Shown here: positions 1 through 9,827 of the stretch, piece after piece
Layout: each line of letters opens with the position of its first letter
Numbering within the stretch: position 1 is the first letter of the stretch
Translations under genes and position numbers: made by a program
The notes under the pieces: model-generated
Seen by the model: only the letters and a program-made list of their open reading frames with translations
Database searches by the model: none
Told to the model about the DNA's origin: nothing
Assembly: GCA_965202805.1 (NCBI GenBank)
Contig: OZ241869.1
Coordinates: forward strand, 3,232,001 to 3,296,000
Direction of reading: 5' to 3'
Source of the DNA: Longimicrobiales bacterium
GTDB lineage: Bacteria; Gemmatimonadota; Gemmatimonadetes; Longimicrobiales; Gaopeijiaceae
DNA: 64,000 nt

Positions 1-902
1 CAGCCCTGCCCCCAGCGGCTGCGCTCCGGGAAATCCCAGGTATCCTCCGGAATCAGGAAGCCTCTGCGCGCCGCGAAGATCACGATCGCTAGCCCCACCG
101 GGGCGCCGAGCAGCGCGGGAAACTCGGGTCCCAGCAGCCAGCCCGTGAACATGTAGGGGACGGTGAACGCCACCCCGGCGAAGAGGGCGAAGGGGAAGAT
201 CGACAGACCTTCCGTCCACGACCGGTTGGCGCCGAAGAAACGGGTGGTCATCACGATCATGAAGGTGGGCATCAGGGTGCCCGCGATCGCGTGCAGGACC
301 ACGACCCGGTCGGTAACCAGCCGCAGGAAGTCGTCCATGGTGATGCCGGCCGCGAGGAGCTGGGCGTCGAAGGCCTCGCCCCCCAGGCCGCCCTGCACCC
401 CTACCAGCACGGGCGTGCCCACCGCGCCGAAGGTCACCGCGGTGCTCTGGATCATCATGCCGATCATCACCGCCCCGGCGGCCGGGAAGCCCATCGCCAC
501 CATGAGCGGCGCGGCCACCGCAGCCGGCGTGCCGAATCCCGCCGCTCCCTCGATGAAGGATCCGAACAGCCAGGCGATGATGATGATCTGGACCCGGCGG
601 TCCTCGCTGATGCTGCGGAAGCTGCGCCGGATGGCGGAGACGCCCCCGGACTGCTCCAGCGTATTGAGCAGCAGAATCGCGCCGAAAATGATGACCAGCA
701 GATCGAAGGTCAGGAACAGTCCCTGGACCGAAGACGCGGCGACACGCACCGGGGCCACCTGCCACGCCGTCAGCGCCACCAGGACGGCCGAGACGTAGGC
801 GATGGGCATCGCGAACTTCGCCGGCACGCGGAATCCGACGAGCAGGGTCCCCCCGATGAGAATGGGGAGGAGCGCGAGCGCGGCTTGAACGCCTGGGGAC
901 AT
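1..902 (-). CDS. L-lactate permease family transporter, 3' part outside the window
   Basis: Manual minus-strand translation from the ATG at 902 (GGAGG RBS upstream): [33 protein letters not shown]...[17 protein letters not shown]...[31 protein letters not shown], the LctP-family signature. Not in the ORF track because it runs off the edge. Confidence 0.9.
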   Translation of the reverse strand, partial: MSPGVQAALALLPILIGGTLLVGFRVPAKFAMPIAYVSAVLVALTAWQVAPVRVAASSVQGLFLTFDLLVIIFGAILLLNTLEQSGGVSAIRRSFRSISEDRRVQIIIIAWLFGSFIEGAAGFGTPAAVAAPLMVAMGFPAAGAVMIGMMIQSTAVTFGAVGTPVLVGVQGGLGGEAFDAQLLAAGITMDDFLRLVTDRVVVLHAIAGTLMPTFMIVMTTRFFGANRSWTEGLSIFPFALFAGVAFTVPYMFTGWLLGPEFPALLGAPVGLAIVIFAARRGFLIPEDTWDFPERSRWGQG

Positions 903-1095
903 GGGGGCCTCCGGGTTGAATCGCCTGACGGGACCGCGCGAATGTGGGTCGCCGCCTCCCGTGCGGGCAAGCGGAACAGCCATGCGACGCAGGACACGGT
1001 TTACGTTATCGTTCCCCGGCAAGCGGATGCAGGAGACGAGAATCCGGAGAGTGCACTTGAGGGGGCTTGATTCGCCGAGCGGGGTCGCAGGTTCG

Positions 1096-2499
1096 ATGGC
1101 GGCCAGGTTCCCGCCGACTCGTCGCCCGGGACGCTGGCGCGGGCTGCGGGCGCTGCTGGTGCTCACGACCCTGGCAGCGTGCGAGCGGACGAGCGATCCG
1201 GTCGAGCCCGACTCCGGGTCCCCGGCGGTCGCCATCACCGTCGTGTCCGGCGAAGGTCAGCCGGCCCTGATCGGGACCCGACTCGAAGAGCCGATCGTGT
1301 TCCGCGCGCTCGATGCGGCAGGGCTCCCCGTTCCCGGCGTCTCCGTCGACTTCGTGACGACCCCGGGGAGCGGGCGGGTGGAGCCGGGCCGCGCCGCCAC
1401 CGACCAGAACGGCGACGCGTCGATCACCTGGACGATCGGACCCGATCCCGGAGTCCAGACGGTGCTGGTCGCGGCGGGCCTGGCCGCCACGGCGATCAAC
1501 GCCAACGCGATCGACCTGGAGGCGGAACTCGAGGTCCTTTTCGCGCCGCCCACCGCGGCGGAGCTCGCGGCCGTGCGCGCCGACTGGGCGGGCCGCGACA
1601 CTTCGCCCGCCGGCCTGACCATCGAGTCGACCGAGCCCTATTCGCTCTTTGGCTCCCCGGCGACGCTGCGCGTGGTGTCTCACCTCGTCGGCGAGGTGCG
1701 GCACTACGGGGCGGTCGTCGCCCCGAAATCGTCCCGGGCGGCCAGCCTGCCGGTCCTGATGTACCTGCACGGAGGCGACCACGGCGTTGACCTGGACGAT
1801 GTCCAGTTCCTCGCCTTCGCGCTCGGAGAGCTGCGCGACAGCTTCGTGTACGTGGTTCCGTCGTTCCGCAGCGAACCCCTCAGGCACGGAGACCGGGAGT
1901 GGGTGTCGACCGGTCCGGGCGGGCACTGGGACTACGACGTGGACGATGCCCTGGGGCTGCTGAACGTCGCGCTGGCGCTGACGCCGCAGGCAAGATCCGA
2001 AGGTCTCAGCCTCGTGGGAGTCAGCCGGGGCGGAGGCGTTGCCCTGCTGGCCGGAATTCGGGACGAACGCGTCGAGAACATCATCACCCTGTTCGGTCCC
2101 ACCGATTTCTTCGACGAATGGGTGCGGGAGATCGTGCGCGAGGTGGCGCTGGGAATGCCGCGCCAACTCCCCGGAGTCGCGCACATGGATTCCACACTCG
2201 TCCAGCCGTATATGGGAGGCACGATCGAAATTGCGAGAGCTCGCCTCGAGCTGGTTCGCCGCTCCGCCGTGCTGTTCGCCGAGGACCTGCCCGCCGTCCA
2301 GCTGCACCACGGAACCATCGACCAGGCCGTCTCCGTCAGCCAGGCGCATTCCATGATCCGGGTCATGGAGACGCTTGGGCGGGAGCCGCCGGAATTCGAG
2401 GCGTTCATCTACGAGGGTGCGGGACACGACCTCTTCGACCTGAGCGGTGTCATCCCGCGCTCGGCCAGGTTCCTGCGGCGGGCGCTGGAAGGGGGCTGA
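1096..2499 (+). CDS. Lipoprotein with an Ig-like domain and an alpha/beta-hydrolase (S9/prolyl oligopeptidase-like) domain
   Basis: Lipobox LAAC; Ig-like segment (VSGEGQ...GVSVDF...[14 protein letters not shown]); YLHGG oxyanion motif, GVSRGG nucleophile elbow, HGTIDQAV Asp, GAGHD His. Start moved to ATG 1096. Confidence 0.8.
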   Translation: MAARFPPTRRPGRWRGLRALLVLTTLAACERTSDPVEPDSGSPAVAITVVSGEGQPALIGTRLEEPIVFRALDAAGLPVPGVSVDFVTTPGSGRVEPGRAATDQNGDASITWTIGPDPGVQTVLVAAGLAATAINANAIDLEAELEVLFAPPTAAELAAVRADWAGRDTSPAGLTIESTEPYSLFGSPATLRVVSHLVGEVRHYGAVVAPKSSRAASLPVLMYLHGGDHGVDLDDVQFLAFALGELRDSFVYVVPSFRSEPLRHGDREWVSTGPGGHWDYDVDDALGLLNVALALTPQARSEGLSLVGVSRGGGVALLAGIRDERVENIITLFGPTDFFDEWVREIVREVALGMPRQLPGVAHMDSTLVQPYMGGTIEIARARLELVRRSAVLFAEDLPAVQLHHGTIDQAVSVSQAHSMIRVMETLGREPPEFEAFIYEGAGHDLFDLSGVIPRSARFLRRALEGG

Positions 2500-2505
2500 G
2501 GCGCC

Positions 2506-5500
2506 ATGCGAGTGCGGCCCGACTTCACGACCGCAGAGGCGGAGGTGCTGGCGAGGGACCACTATGGCATCCAGGGTCGCGCCAGGGAACTCCCGGGCGA
2601 GCGGGACCGAAACTTCCAGCTCCGCGTGACAGGGGACGGGCGAGGTGCTGGGCGCGAGCGCAGCGACGGAGCGCAGGACGCCGGAGCGGAGCGCGCCGGC
2701 GAGGCCTTCGTTCTCAAGATCGGCCACCCCGCGGAACCCGACGGATCGCTCGCGATGCAGAACGCGATCCTGGCTCGGCTCGCCCCCGTTCGACCGGATC
2801 CGGACGGCGGTCGGCGCGCGCTTTTTCCACGTGTCGTACCAGACCTCGGAAGTTCCTCCCTCGCGGTGGTCGAAAAGGAGGGCGTCCGCTACCCGCTGCG
2901 CCTGGTCACCTGGCTGCCCGGGGTGCCGGTTGCCCGGGTGCGCCCCCAGCGGCCGGAGCTGCTGCGCTCCTGGGGGCGTGTGCTGGCCCACCTGGACGCC
3001 GGGCTTGCCGATTTCGACCATCCCGCGGCGGAGCGCGGCTTCCACTGGGACCTGCGAACCGCGTCCTCCATCTTCGAGGAGCGGGTGGGGAGCGTGAAGG
3101 GGAAGGACCGGCGGGCGCTGCTTCGGCACCGGATGGCGGACTGCGCGGAGAGGCTGGCGCCCCTGATCGCGGGCTTGCGCACCCAGGTGGTGCACGGGGA
3201 CGCCAACGACTACAACGTGCTGGCCAACCGGGTCGAGGACACGCCGCCGGGGGGCCGCTACGGCGACCGGCGCGTCACCGGCATCATCGACTTCGGCGAC
3301 GCCATGCGCACCTGGCTGGCTTCAGAGCCGGCAGTCGCGGGCGCCTATGCGATGCTCTCCAAGCGCGATCCCGCGGGGGCCCTGGCGCAACTGGTGAGCG
3401 GCTTCCACGAGGTGTATCCGCTTCTGGAGGAGGAAATCGCCGCCGTCTTCCCGCTCACGGGGATGCGCCTTTGCCTGAGCGCGACCATGGCTGCCTGGCA
3501 GCGGGCCCGGGAGCCGGACAACGAGTATCTGAGCATCAGCGAGACGCATGTCTGGGAGCTGCTGGAGCGTCTTGAGCGGGGAGAGGAGTTCCACCCGGAC
3601 TTCGTGCACTATCGATTGCGCGAAGCCTGCGGCATGGAGCCGAACCCGCGCGCGGCGGCCCTGCGCGCCTGGCTGAGCCGCCAACGCGACGAGGGCCGTT
3701 TCGCCCCGGTGCTGTCGCGAGAGCTGGCCGAGGGTCCGCGCACCGTCTTCGATCTGAGCGTCGGGAGCCCGTGGCTCGGAACCACGGGCGATCTGGACGC
3801 GCGCGGCTGGACCGACCTGCTCTTCGGTCACATGCGGGCGAACGCTGCCGCGGTCGGGGTGGGCCGGTACGACGAGGCGCGCCGCTGGTACGACTCCGAC
3901 GCGTTCGCCACCCAGGGCGAGGACGGCCTCGAGCGGCGAACCGTCCACGTGGGCATCGACCTGTTCGCGGAACCCGGCACGCCCGTGCATGCGCCCTTCG
4001 CCGCGACCGTGCACAGCTTCCGCGACAACGGCGCGCGGCTCGACTACGGGCCGACCATCGTGCTGCGCCACGAGGCGGGAGGACCGGGCGGGGACGGCAC
4101 GCGTGAGGCGCCAGGTGACGGCGGCGCGCACGCGGCCGGGGAGGATGCCGGCTCCGACGACGCCAACGAGTGGTACACCCTTTACGGGCACCTTTCGCGT
4201 GACTCGCTGGCGGGGCTCCGCCCGGGACAGCAGATCGCCGCCGGAGCGGAGATCGGCAGGATCGGGCCGTATCCGGAGAACGGGGACTGGGCTCCGCATC
4301 TTCATTTCCAGCTGATGACGGACCTGCTGGGCCGCGAGGGCGACTTCCCGGGCGTGGCGCCGCCCAGCCAGCGCGAGGTGTGGCTCAGCCTCTCACCGGA
4401 TCCGAACCTGGTGCTCGGGATCCCGGATCTGGCTCCAGCGGGGAGGAATGCGGCCTCGGAGCTCCTGGGTGCGCGCCGGAGGCTCCTCGGTCCGTCGCTC
4501 TCAATCTCCTACCGGCGTCCGCTGGAGATGGTGCGCGGCCGCGGCGCCTGGCTGTACGACGACGGGGGCCAGCCCTACCTGGACTGCGTCAACAACGTCG
4601 CGCAGGTGGGCCACGCACACCCGCGCGTGGTGCGGGCCGGCCTCGAACAGATGACGGTGCTGAACACCAACACCCGCTACCTGCACGACAGCCTCACCCG
4701 GTACGCCCGGCGTCTCGCGGCCACGCTGCCGGACCCGCTCGGCGTCTGCTTCTTCGTGTGTACCGGGAGCGAGGCCAACGAGCTGGCGCTGCGCATGGCG
4801 CGCACCCACACCGGGCGCGAGGGCATGGTCGTGCTGGAAGGCGGGTATCACGGCAACACCAGCTCGCTGGTGCAGCTCAGCTCGTACAAGTTCGATGGTC
4901 CCGGGGGCACGGGCCCCCCGCCGTGGGTGGCGTGCGTCCCCATGCCGGACGGCTACCGCGGCCGCTACCGGTCCTCCGATCCCGACTGCGGCGCGCGCTA
5001 TGCCCGGGAGGTCGGCCGCGCCGTCGATGCGCTCGGGGGACGGCCCGCCGGCTTCCTCTTCGAGTCGATCCTGAGCTGCGGGGGGCAGATCCCGCTTCCC
5101 GAAGGCTTCCTTGCGGACGCGTTCGAGCGCGTGCATGCGGCCGGCGGGGTGTGCATCGCCGACGAGGTGCAGGTGGGGTTCGGGCGTGCCGGCTCTTCCT
5201 TCTGGGCCTTCGAGGACCACGGGGTGGTGCCGGACATCGTCACCATGGGCAAGCCCATCGGCAACGGTCATCCCCTCGCGGCCGTGGTCACCACCCCGGA
5301 GATCGCCGACTCCTTCAACAACGGGATGGAGTACTTCAACACCTTCGGCGGCAACCCGGTGTCCTGCCGCATCGGCCTGGCGGTGCTGGACGTGATCGAA
5401 GAGGAGGGGCTGCAGGACCATGCCCGCCGCGTCGGTGAGCGGCTGCTCGCGGGATTGAAGCGCCTCGTGGAGCGCCACGCAATCGTCGGGGATGCACGCG

Positions 5501-5739
5501 GGACCGGCCTCTTTCAGGGGATCGAGCTGGTGACGGACCGCGCCTCGCTCGACCCCGCGCCGCGCCACGCGACCTGCCTGGTGGAGCGCATGCGCGACCG
5601 CGGCATCCTGCTCAGCACGGACGGCCCCCTCCACAACGTGGTGAAGATCAAGCCGCCGCTGGTCTTCGACGAAGACGACGCCGACCGGCTGGTGAGCAAC
5701 CTAGACGAGGTGTTGGCGGAGGACGCGCTGCGCCTGTAG
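2506..5739 (+). CDS. Three-domain fusion: APH/hydroxylysine-kinase-like phosphotransferase + M23-like domain + class III PLP aminotransferase/phospho-lyase
   Basis: HGDANDYN and IIDFGD kinase motifs; HVGID and PHLHFQ M23 motifs; [22 protein letters not shown] and TMGKPIGNG class III PLP motifs. Confidence 0.88.
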   Translation: MRVRPDFTTAEAEVLARDHYGIQGRARELPGERDRNFQLRVTGDGRGAGRERSDGAQDAGAERAGEAFVLKIGHPAEPDGSLAMQNAILARLAPVRPDPDGGRRALFPRVVPDLGSSSLAVVEKEGVRYPLRLVTWLPGVPVARVRPQRPELLRSWGRVLAHLDAGLADFDHPAAERGFHWDLRTASSIFEERVGSVKGKDRRALLRHRMADCAERLAPLIAGLRTQVVHGDANDYNVLANRVEDTPPGGRYGDRRVTGIIDFGDAMRTWLASEPAVAGAYAMLSKRDPAGALAQLVSGFHEVYPLLEEEIAAVFPLTGMRLCLSATMAAWQRAREPDNEYLSISETHVWELLERLERGEEFHPDFVHYRLREACGMEPNPRAAALRAWLSRQRDEGRFAPVLSRELAEGPRTVFDLSVGSPWLGTTGDLDARGWTDLLFGHMRANAAAVGVGRYDEARRWYDSDAFATQGEDGLERRTVHVGIDLFAEPGTPVHAPFAATVHSFRDNGARLDYGPTIVLRHEAGGPGGDGTREAPGDGGAHAAGEDAGSDDANEWYTLYGHLSRDSLAGLRPGQQIAAGAEIGRIGPYPENGDWAPHLHFQLMTDLLGREGDFPGVAPPSQREVWLSLSPDPNLVLGIPDLAPAGRNAASELLGARRRLLGPSLSISYRRPLEMVRGRGAWLYDDGGQPYLDCVNNVAQVGHAHPRVVRAGLEQMTVLNTNTRYLHDSLTRYARRLAATLPDPLGVCFFVCTGSEANELALRMARTHTGREGMVVLEGGYHGNTSSLVQLSSYKFDGPGGTGPPPWVACVPMPDGYRGRYRSSDPDCGARYAREVGRAVDALGGRPAGFLFESILSCGGQIPLPEGFLADAFERVHAAGGVCIADEVQVGFGRAGSSFWAFEDHGVVPDIVTMGKPIGNGHPLAAVVTTPEIADSFNNGMEYFNTFGGNPVSCRIGLAVLDVIEEEGLQDHARRVGERLLAGLKRLVERHAIVGDARGTGLFQGIELVTDRASLDPAPRHATCLVERMRDRGILLSTDGPLHNVVKIKPPLVFDEDDADRLVSNLDEVLAEDALRL

Positions 5740-5830
5740 CGGGCTCCGGTCGAGTCGAGGCTGTCCAACTCAGGGGGCGAAGATCGAACGGTTGCCCGCG
5801 CGCGATACAGACTAGACTAAGTACACTAAG

Positions 5831-6694
5831 CTAAGTCTGCGCCTGGCCCGTTCCCGCGGCCCGCGAACCCTCCCACACCTTGGCGAGCGTGTGGAACTCT
5901 CCGTTCTCGCCAAAGCGGTCCACCCCGTCGGGAAGCCGCATCATCGCCTTGCGGTCGAAGCGCTGGCCGGGGACGAGCGCGCCGAGCGCCGCGTCGGTGA
6001 CGGCGGACACCTCGCAGACGATGCCGCTGGCCTCCAGGTCCGTCATCAGCTCCTCGCAGGGCACCTGCCAGATGGGGAAATGGAGCGTTGCGCCGCGGCT
6101 GGCCGCGAGCTCCCGGAACGCTCCGGTCCGCCACTCGCGGATGTGCTCGAGGTGCAGATCGCCGAACACGAAGCGGGCGACCGCGGGGATAAGCCCAACG
6201 GCTTCGGCGATGCGCGCCTCGTAGGCGAGGCCGGGATGGAGGGGGACGCCCAGCAGCGGCAGCTCCAGATGTTCGGCCTGGCGGATCACCAACTCCACCC
6301 GCAGCTCCTGGTGGGCGATCGTCCGGCTGGCCGCGTCGAAGGTCGTCAGCAGGACCACGGGCCGAGCCTGCTCGCGCAGCAGGGCCCGGTAGGCGAGGAA
6401 GCTGTCCTTGCCGCCGCTCCAGAAGAGTACGTCCGCGGGCTCGGGCTCCGGGCGGAGCCGCGTCAGCCACTGCGGAGGCGCCACCTTCGAGGCGGAGTCC
6501 CCGGGATCCACCCTCTCGACCTCGTAGGGGCAGTGCCTGCAGCCGCTGCAGCAGCAACTCCCCCGCTGGCGCAGACCGAACTCGGTGAAGACGGCCAGCC
6601 CGGTCACGGGGTCGAGGTAGAAGGTCTCGCGGTTGCGCGAGGCTTCGTCGTGAAGGCGGCGCCAGTCGGCTGTTCGGGGGCGCACGGTGGCCAT
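5831..6694 (-). CDS. DUF5522-like Cys-rich domain fused to a PP-loop ATPase of the diphthine-ammonia ligase-like family
   Basis: N-terminal FYLDPVTGLAVFT...RGSCCCSGCRHCPY, then WSGGKDS, FGDLHLEHIREWR and GENGEFHT. Start taken at ATG 6694. Confidence 0.8.
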   Translation of the reverse strand: MATVRPRTADWRRLHDEASRNRETFYLDPVTGLAVFTEFGLRQRGSCCCSGCRHCPYEVERVDPGDSASKVAPPQWLTRLRPEPEPADVLFWSGGKDSFLAYRALLREQARPVVLLTTFDAASRTIAHQELRVELVIRQAEHLELPLLGVPLHPGLAYEARIAEAVGLIPAVARFVFGDLHLEHIREWRTGAFRELAASRGATLHFPIWQVPCEELMTDLEASGIVCEVSAVTDAALGALVPGQRFDRKAMMRLPDGVDRFGENGEFHTLAKVWEGSRAAGTGQAQT

Positions 6695-6879
6695 CGGAGG
6701 AATGGGGCCCGGGGGGACGATCTGCTGCGTGATCCCTGCGTCAGCGCCGGAATCCACTGCCTGAGCCCGGGAATATGATGGAGCCCCGGACGGGCGTCCA
6801 CTGGCCAATGCGGGCGGCAGGCGCGATCATGGGCACGCGGCAACACCTCTGCAAACGGCGAAAGGACGAGACCCCGAAG

Positions 6880-7272
6880 ATGAACGTGTTCCCCCTCGAG
6901 ACCCTGGACCGCGAGGCCTCCGACCCGGTCAACTTCACCGGCCCCGGGAGCCTGCGCCGCATCGAAGGCGCCCTCCCCGCCGATCCCCGGGTCAACGTCT
7001 ACCGCGTGCATTTCGAGGCCCGCTCGCGCACCAACTGGCACACGCACAGCGGCCATCAGATGCTCTTCGTCGTGGAGGGCCGCTGCCGCTACCAGAAGGA
7101 AGGGGAAGCCGTCGGGGAAGCCGGACCGGGAGACCTCATCGTGGTGGAGCCGGGCGAGAACCACTGGCACGGCGCCGCTCCCGGCGGAGCGATGACGCAC
7201 ATCGCGCTCAACGTGAACGCGGTGACCAGCTGGGGGGACCCGGTGAGCGAGGACGAATACGATGCAGGGTAG
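6880..7272 (+). CDS. Cupin domain protein
   Basis: RTNWHTHSGHQMLFVVEG and PGENHWHGA cupin motifs; AAGGA upstream of ATG 6880. Confidence 0.85.
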   Translation: MNVFPLETLDREASDPVNFTGPGSLRRIEGALPADPRVNVYRVHFEARSRTNWHTHSGHQMLFVVEGRCRYQKEGEAVGEAGPGDLIVVEPGENHWHGAAPGGAMTHIALNVNAVTSWGDPVSEDEYDAG

Positions 7273-7282
7273 GGAGGGTAGG

Positions 7283-7570
7283 ATGGTCCGGATCCAGAGG
7301 GCCTTCCGGCGTCTGAGGAGAGGCCTGCGCGAGGCGCGCGAGATCTACGAGGGCATCTACTTTGCCCCCTACCGCTCCCAGATCTATCGAGCATACCGTG
7401 AGGAGCGGGACACCTTCCTGCTGCTGGGGTTCGCGGATCTGCTGGGAGCCCCGAACCCGGTCGCCTTCTATGCCCTCGAGATCTATCCCGACGTGATCGA
7501 GGAATTCCATCAGTGGCACGTGCGCATCGGCATGCCCAGCTCTCCGGATGGTGGCTTCAGATGCTGCTGA
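7283..7570 (+). CDS. Small protein ending in Cys-Cys-stop (cory-CC-star-like), associated with CstA/ArsA
   Basis: GGAGGG RBS; ...FADLLGAPNPVAFYALEIYP...FHQWHVRIGMPSSPDGGFRCC*; adjacent to an ArsA-family ATPase and near cstA. Confidence 0.8.
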   Translation: MVRIQRAFRRLRRGLREAREIYEGIYFAPYRSQIYRAYREERDTFLLLGFADLLGAPNPVAFYALEIYPDVIEEFHQWHVRIGMPSSPDGGFRCC

Positions 7571-7721
7571 GACCGGGCGCGGGGATACCGCCGGGATCGC
7601 GCACGGCGTCCAACGCCAGCCGTCTCGGCGTTCGGGTCGCGGTGCGCGTCCGGCCCGGGCAGGACCGGGCTTCCGGCCGTGACGGAGACAGGCCCGTGGC
7701 GCGGGCGTTCGATCCGAGTCC

Positions 7722-8705
7722 GTGACCAGGCCGCGCCGCATTCTCGACCGCGAGGTCGTCTTCTTCGGGGGCAAGGGCGGGGTCGGCAAGACCACCCTGG
7801 CCGCCACCATGGCGCTCGAGGCCGCGCGCGAGGGGCACCGCACGCTCCTGGTCTCCACCGATCCCGCGCACTCGACCTCGGACGTGCTCGAAACCCGACT
7901 CGGAGGCGAGGCCCGGGAGGTGCGCCCGCGGCTGTGGGCGCTCGAGATCGATCCCGCGGAGGAAGCCGACCGCTACATCGACGACGTGAAGGCACGCATC
8001 GCCGACAGCACCCCGCCGCGTCTGATGGCGGAGGTCGAGCGCCAGATCGACATCGCACGCGTGACGCCCGGCGCCGAGGAATCCGCGCTGTTCGACCGCT
8101 TCACCCGGATTGCCGAGGAGGCCGGGCACGTGTACGACCGCCTGATCTTCGACACCGCTCCGCTGGGCCACACGCTCCGCCTGCTCGCACTCCCCGAGCT
8201 GATGGGCGCCTGGATCAGCGGCCTCATCTCGCGGCGCAGGAAGGTCAACGTGCTCGGGCGCATGTGGCGGAACGTGGCGGGGGCGGCCGCGGGCGCCGAG
8301 GATGCCGGCGAAGATCCGGTGCTCGGCGCACTCACGGAACGCCAGACCCGCTTCCGCCATGCGCGTGCCCTGATCACGGACCCGCACCGCACCGGCTTCG
8401 TCTTCGTCGTGACCCCGGAGCATCTGCCCGTCGCCGAGACCGAGCGTTCGGTGAAGATGCTCGACAAGTACGGGATCCCGGTGGCCGCCATCTTTCTCAA
8501 TCAGGTGGTCCCCGAGGACGCGGACGGGGGGCTGCTGGCCTCGAGGCGCGCACGCCAGCGGGAGTACGCGCAACGGGTGCGGAAGAGTTTCTCCGCATAT
8601 CCGGTTCACGCCGTACCTCTGTTGGACGGCCGACTGCACGGGCTGGAGGCATTGCAGCGCCTCGCGCGGGCGTTGCCGATGTCGGAGCGGGGGGGTGTGA
8701 GTTAA
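7722..8705 (+). CDS. ArsA/Get3-family single-domain ATPase
   Basis: GGKGGVGKTT deviant Walker A, STDPAHS switch I, DTAPLGH switch II, PG.EE motif; the protein contains no Cys. Confidence 0.92.
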   Translation: MTRPRRILDREVVFFGGKGGVGKTTLAATMALEAAREGHRTLLVSTDPAHSTSDVLETRLGGEAREVRPRLWALEIDPAEEADRYIDDVKARIADSTPPRLMAEVERQIDIARVTPGAEESALFDRFTRIAEEAGHVYDRLIFDTAPLGHTLRLLALPELMGAWISGLISRRRKVNVLGRMWRNVAGAAAGAEDAGEDPVLGALTERQTRFRHARALITDPHRTGFVFVVTPEHLPVAETERSVKMLDKYGIPVAAIFLNQVVPEDADGGLLASRRARQREYAQRVRKSFSAYPVHAVPLLDGRLHGLEALQRLARALPMSERGGVS

Positions 8706-8734
8706 CTCGGAGGAGGCGCTGGGAGAGGTGCTCC

Positions 8735-8820
8735 TTGCGGTACAAGAGGGCATCATATGATACTTGACGGGAGGAAATGACCGAGAATCGGAGCATTCAT
8801 GAAACGCATGTCTCATATGG
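8735..8820 (+). promoter_or_regulatory. Putative promoter/operator region of the toxin-antitoxin-ATPase cassette
   Basis: AT-richer intergenic segment with palindromes ATCATATGAT (8752-8761) and TTCATGAA (8796-8803) and a related TCATATGG (8813-8820); TATGAT and TTGACG hexamers are present but spacing is non-canonical. Confidence 0.35.
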
Positions 8821-8829
8821 CGGGCACCC

Positions 8830-9213
8830 ATGAGCCGTCCAACGAGCTCGATCCAGGATGACGAGCATGGGAACTACCCCGAGATACGGCGTCAGATGAT
8901 CGCGCTGATCCGGAACCGGAGGCGGAAGGCCAACTTTACCCGCCGGCGACCGACGGACATCCGGCCCAGGGAATTCATGAACCCGGAGACAGGTTACCGG
9001 TTGTCGCGCCAGGGGATGTGGGCGGAAGTCGTACGGCTGCTCGAAACAGGCGTACCGCTCAGGAGGGTGGCGCTTCAGCAGCCAGCCGGCGAGGTGGCTT
9101 GGGATTTTGTCGCCGAGCTTTGGCCCGGCCAGCCCTTCCTGTACGTGAAACTCCAGATTCTCGGCTCGACGATCCGCCTGAGAAGCTTCCATCCCAGCGA
9201 GGTGAACCGATGA
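8830..9213 (+). CDS. Putative MqsR/RelE-like toxin
   Basis: 127 aa, basic, ends in LYVKLQI...LRSFH like MqsR-type RNases; ATGA overlap with the downstream MqsA-like gene. Confidence 0.6.
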   Translation: MSRPTSSIQDDEHGNYPEIRRQMIALIRNRRRKANFTRRRPTDIRPREFMNPETGYRLSRQGMWAEVVRLLETGVPLRRVALQQPAGEVAWDFVAELWPGQPFLYVKLQILGSTIRLRSFHPSEVNR

Positions 9214-9827
9214 CCCAAGTTGCCTCTCCTCCGACCGTGCTCCGTGCCCATTCCGGGCCTCAGGCCCGCTGTGACGTGTGCGGAGCGATCAGCGTACAAA
9301 CGGAGTTGATGCGGGATCCCTTCATCTACGGTAGTGGTGCGAACGCCGTTGAGCTTACCGCCGATGTTTGGGTGCACACCTGCTCGGCGTGCGGGGATTC
9401 CTATACGGATGATGAGGCGGACGTCGCGTACGACGAGGCAGTTTGCCGACACTTGGGAGTCCTCACTCCCGCCGAGATTCGCGACATGCGCGAAGGATAT
9501 GGCCTCACCCGGGCCGAGTTCGCGCAACTGACCGGGTTCGGGAAGGCCACCGTGGGCCGTTGGGAACGCGGAGAGGTGACCCAGAATCGCTCGGCCGACC
9601 GCTATCTCAGGTTGCTCCAGGAGCCGGGGGTCATGCGACGGCTGCGGGCACTCGGCGAGGTAACGGATTCAGCCGGACTCCAGACGCCGGCCCGACCTCG
9701 GGTCTTTATATTCGACTGCATTCAGGTTTCGAGCCAGAGGGTTATCCGCGAGAATGCCCGGGGGTTGAACCCGGGGATATGGAAGGCGGACCCCGGCTTG
9801 GGCTTCGAGGCCGGCGCCGAAGCCTGA
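9210..9827 (+). CDS. MqsA-family antitoxin (Zn ribbon + XRE HTH) with a long C-terminal extension
   Basis: CDVC...CSAC zinc ribbon; LTPAEIRDMREGYGLTRAEFAQLTGFGKATVGRWERG HTH; about 65-70 extra C-terminal residues. Confidence 0.85.
   Translation: MTQVASPPTVLRAHSGPQARCDVCGAISVQTELMRDPFIYGSGANAVELTADVWVHTCSACGDSYTDDEADVAYDEAVCRHLGVLTPAEIRDMREGYGLTRAEFAQLTGFGKATVGRWERGEVTQNRSADRYLRLLQEPGVMRRLRALGEVTDSAGLQTPARPRVFIFDCIQVSSQRVIRENARGLNPGIWKADPGLGFEAGAEA

Noticed and set aside
7562..7620. Possible selenocysteine read-through at CC-TGA
   Set aside because: The protein already ends in Cys-Cys like its family, no convincing SECIS hairpin is visible, and read-through enters a low-complexity shadow frame.
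7722..8705. Arsenic resistance operon
   Set aside because: Single-domain, Cys-free ATPase with no arsR/B/C/D nearby.
9443..9826. N-terminal extension of the KGGVGR ATPase
   Set aside because: It overlaps the MqsA-like gene in another frame; the family-typical start MYVTTFYS is at 9827.
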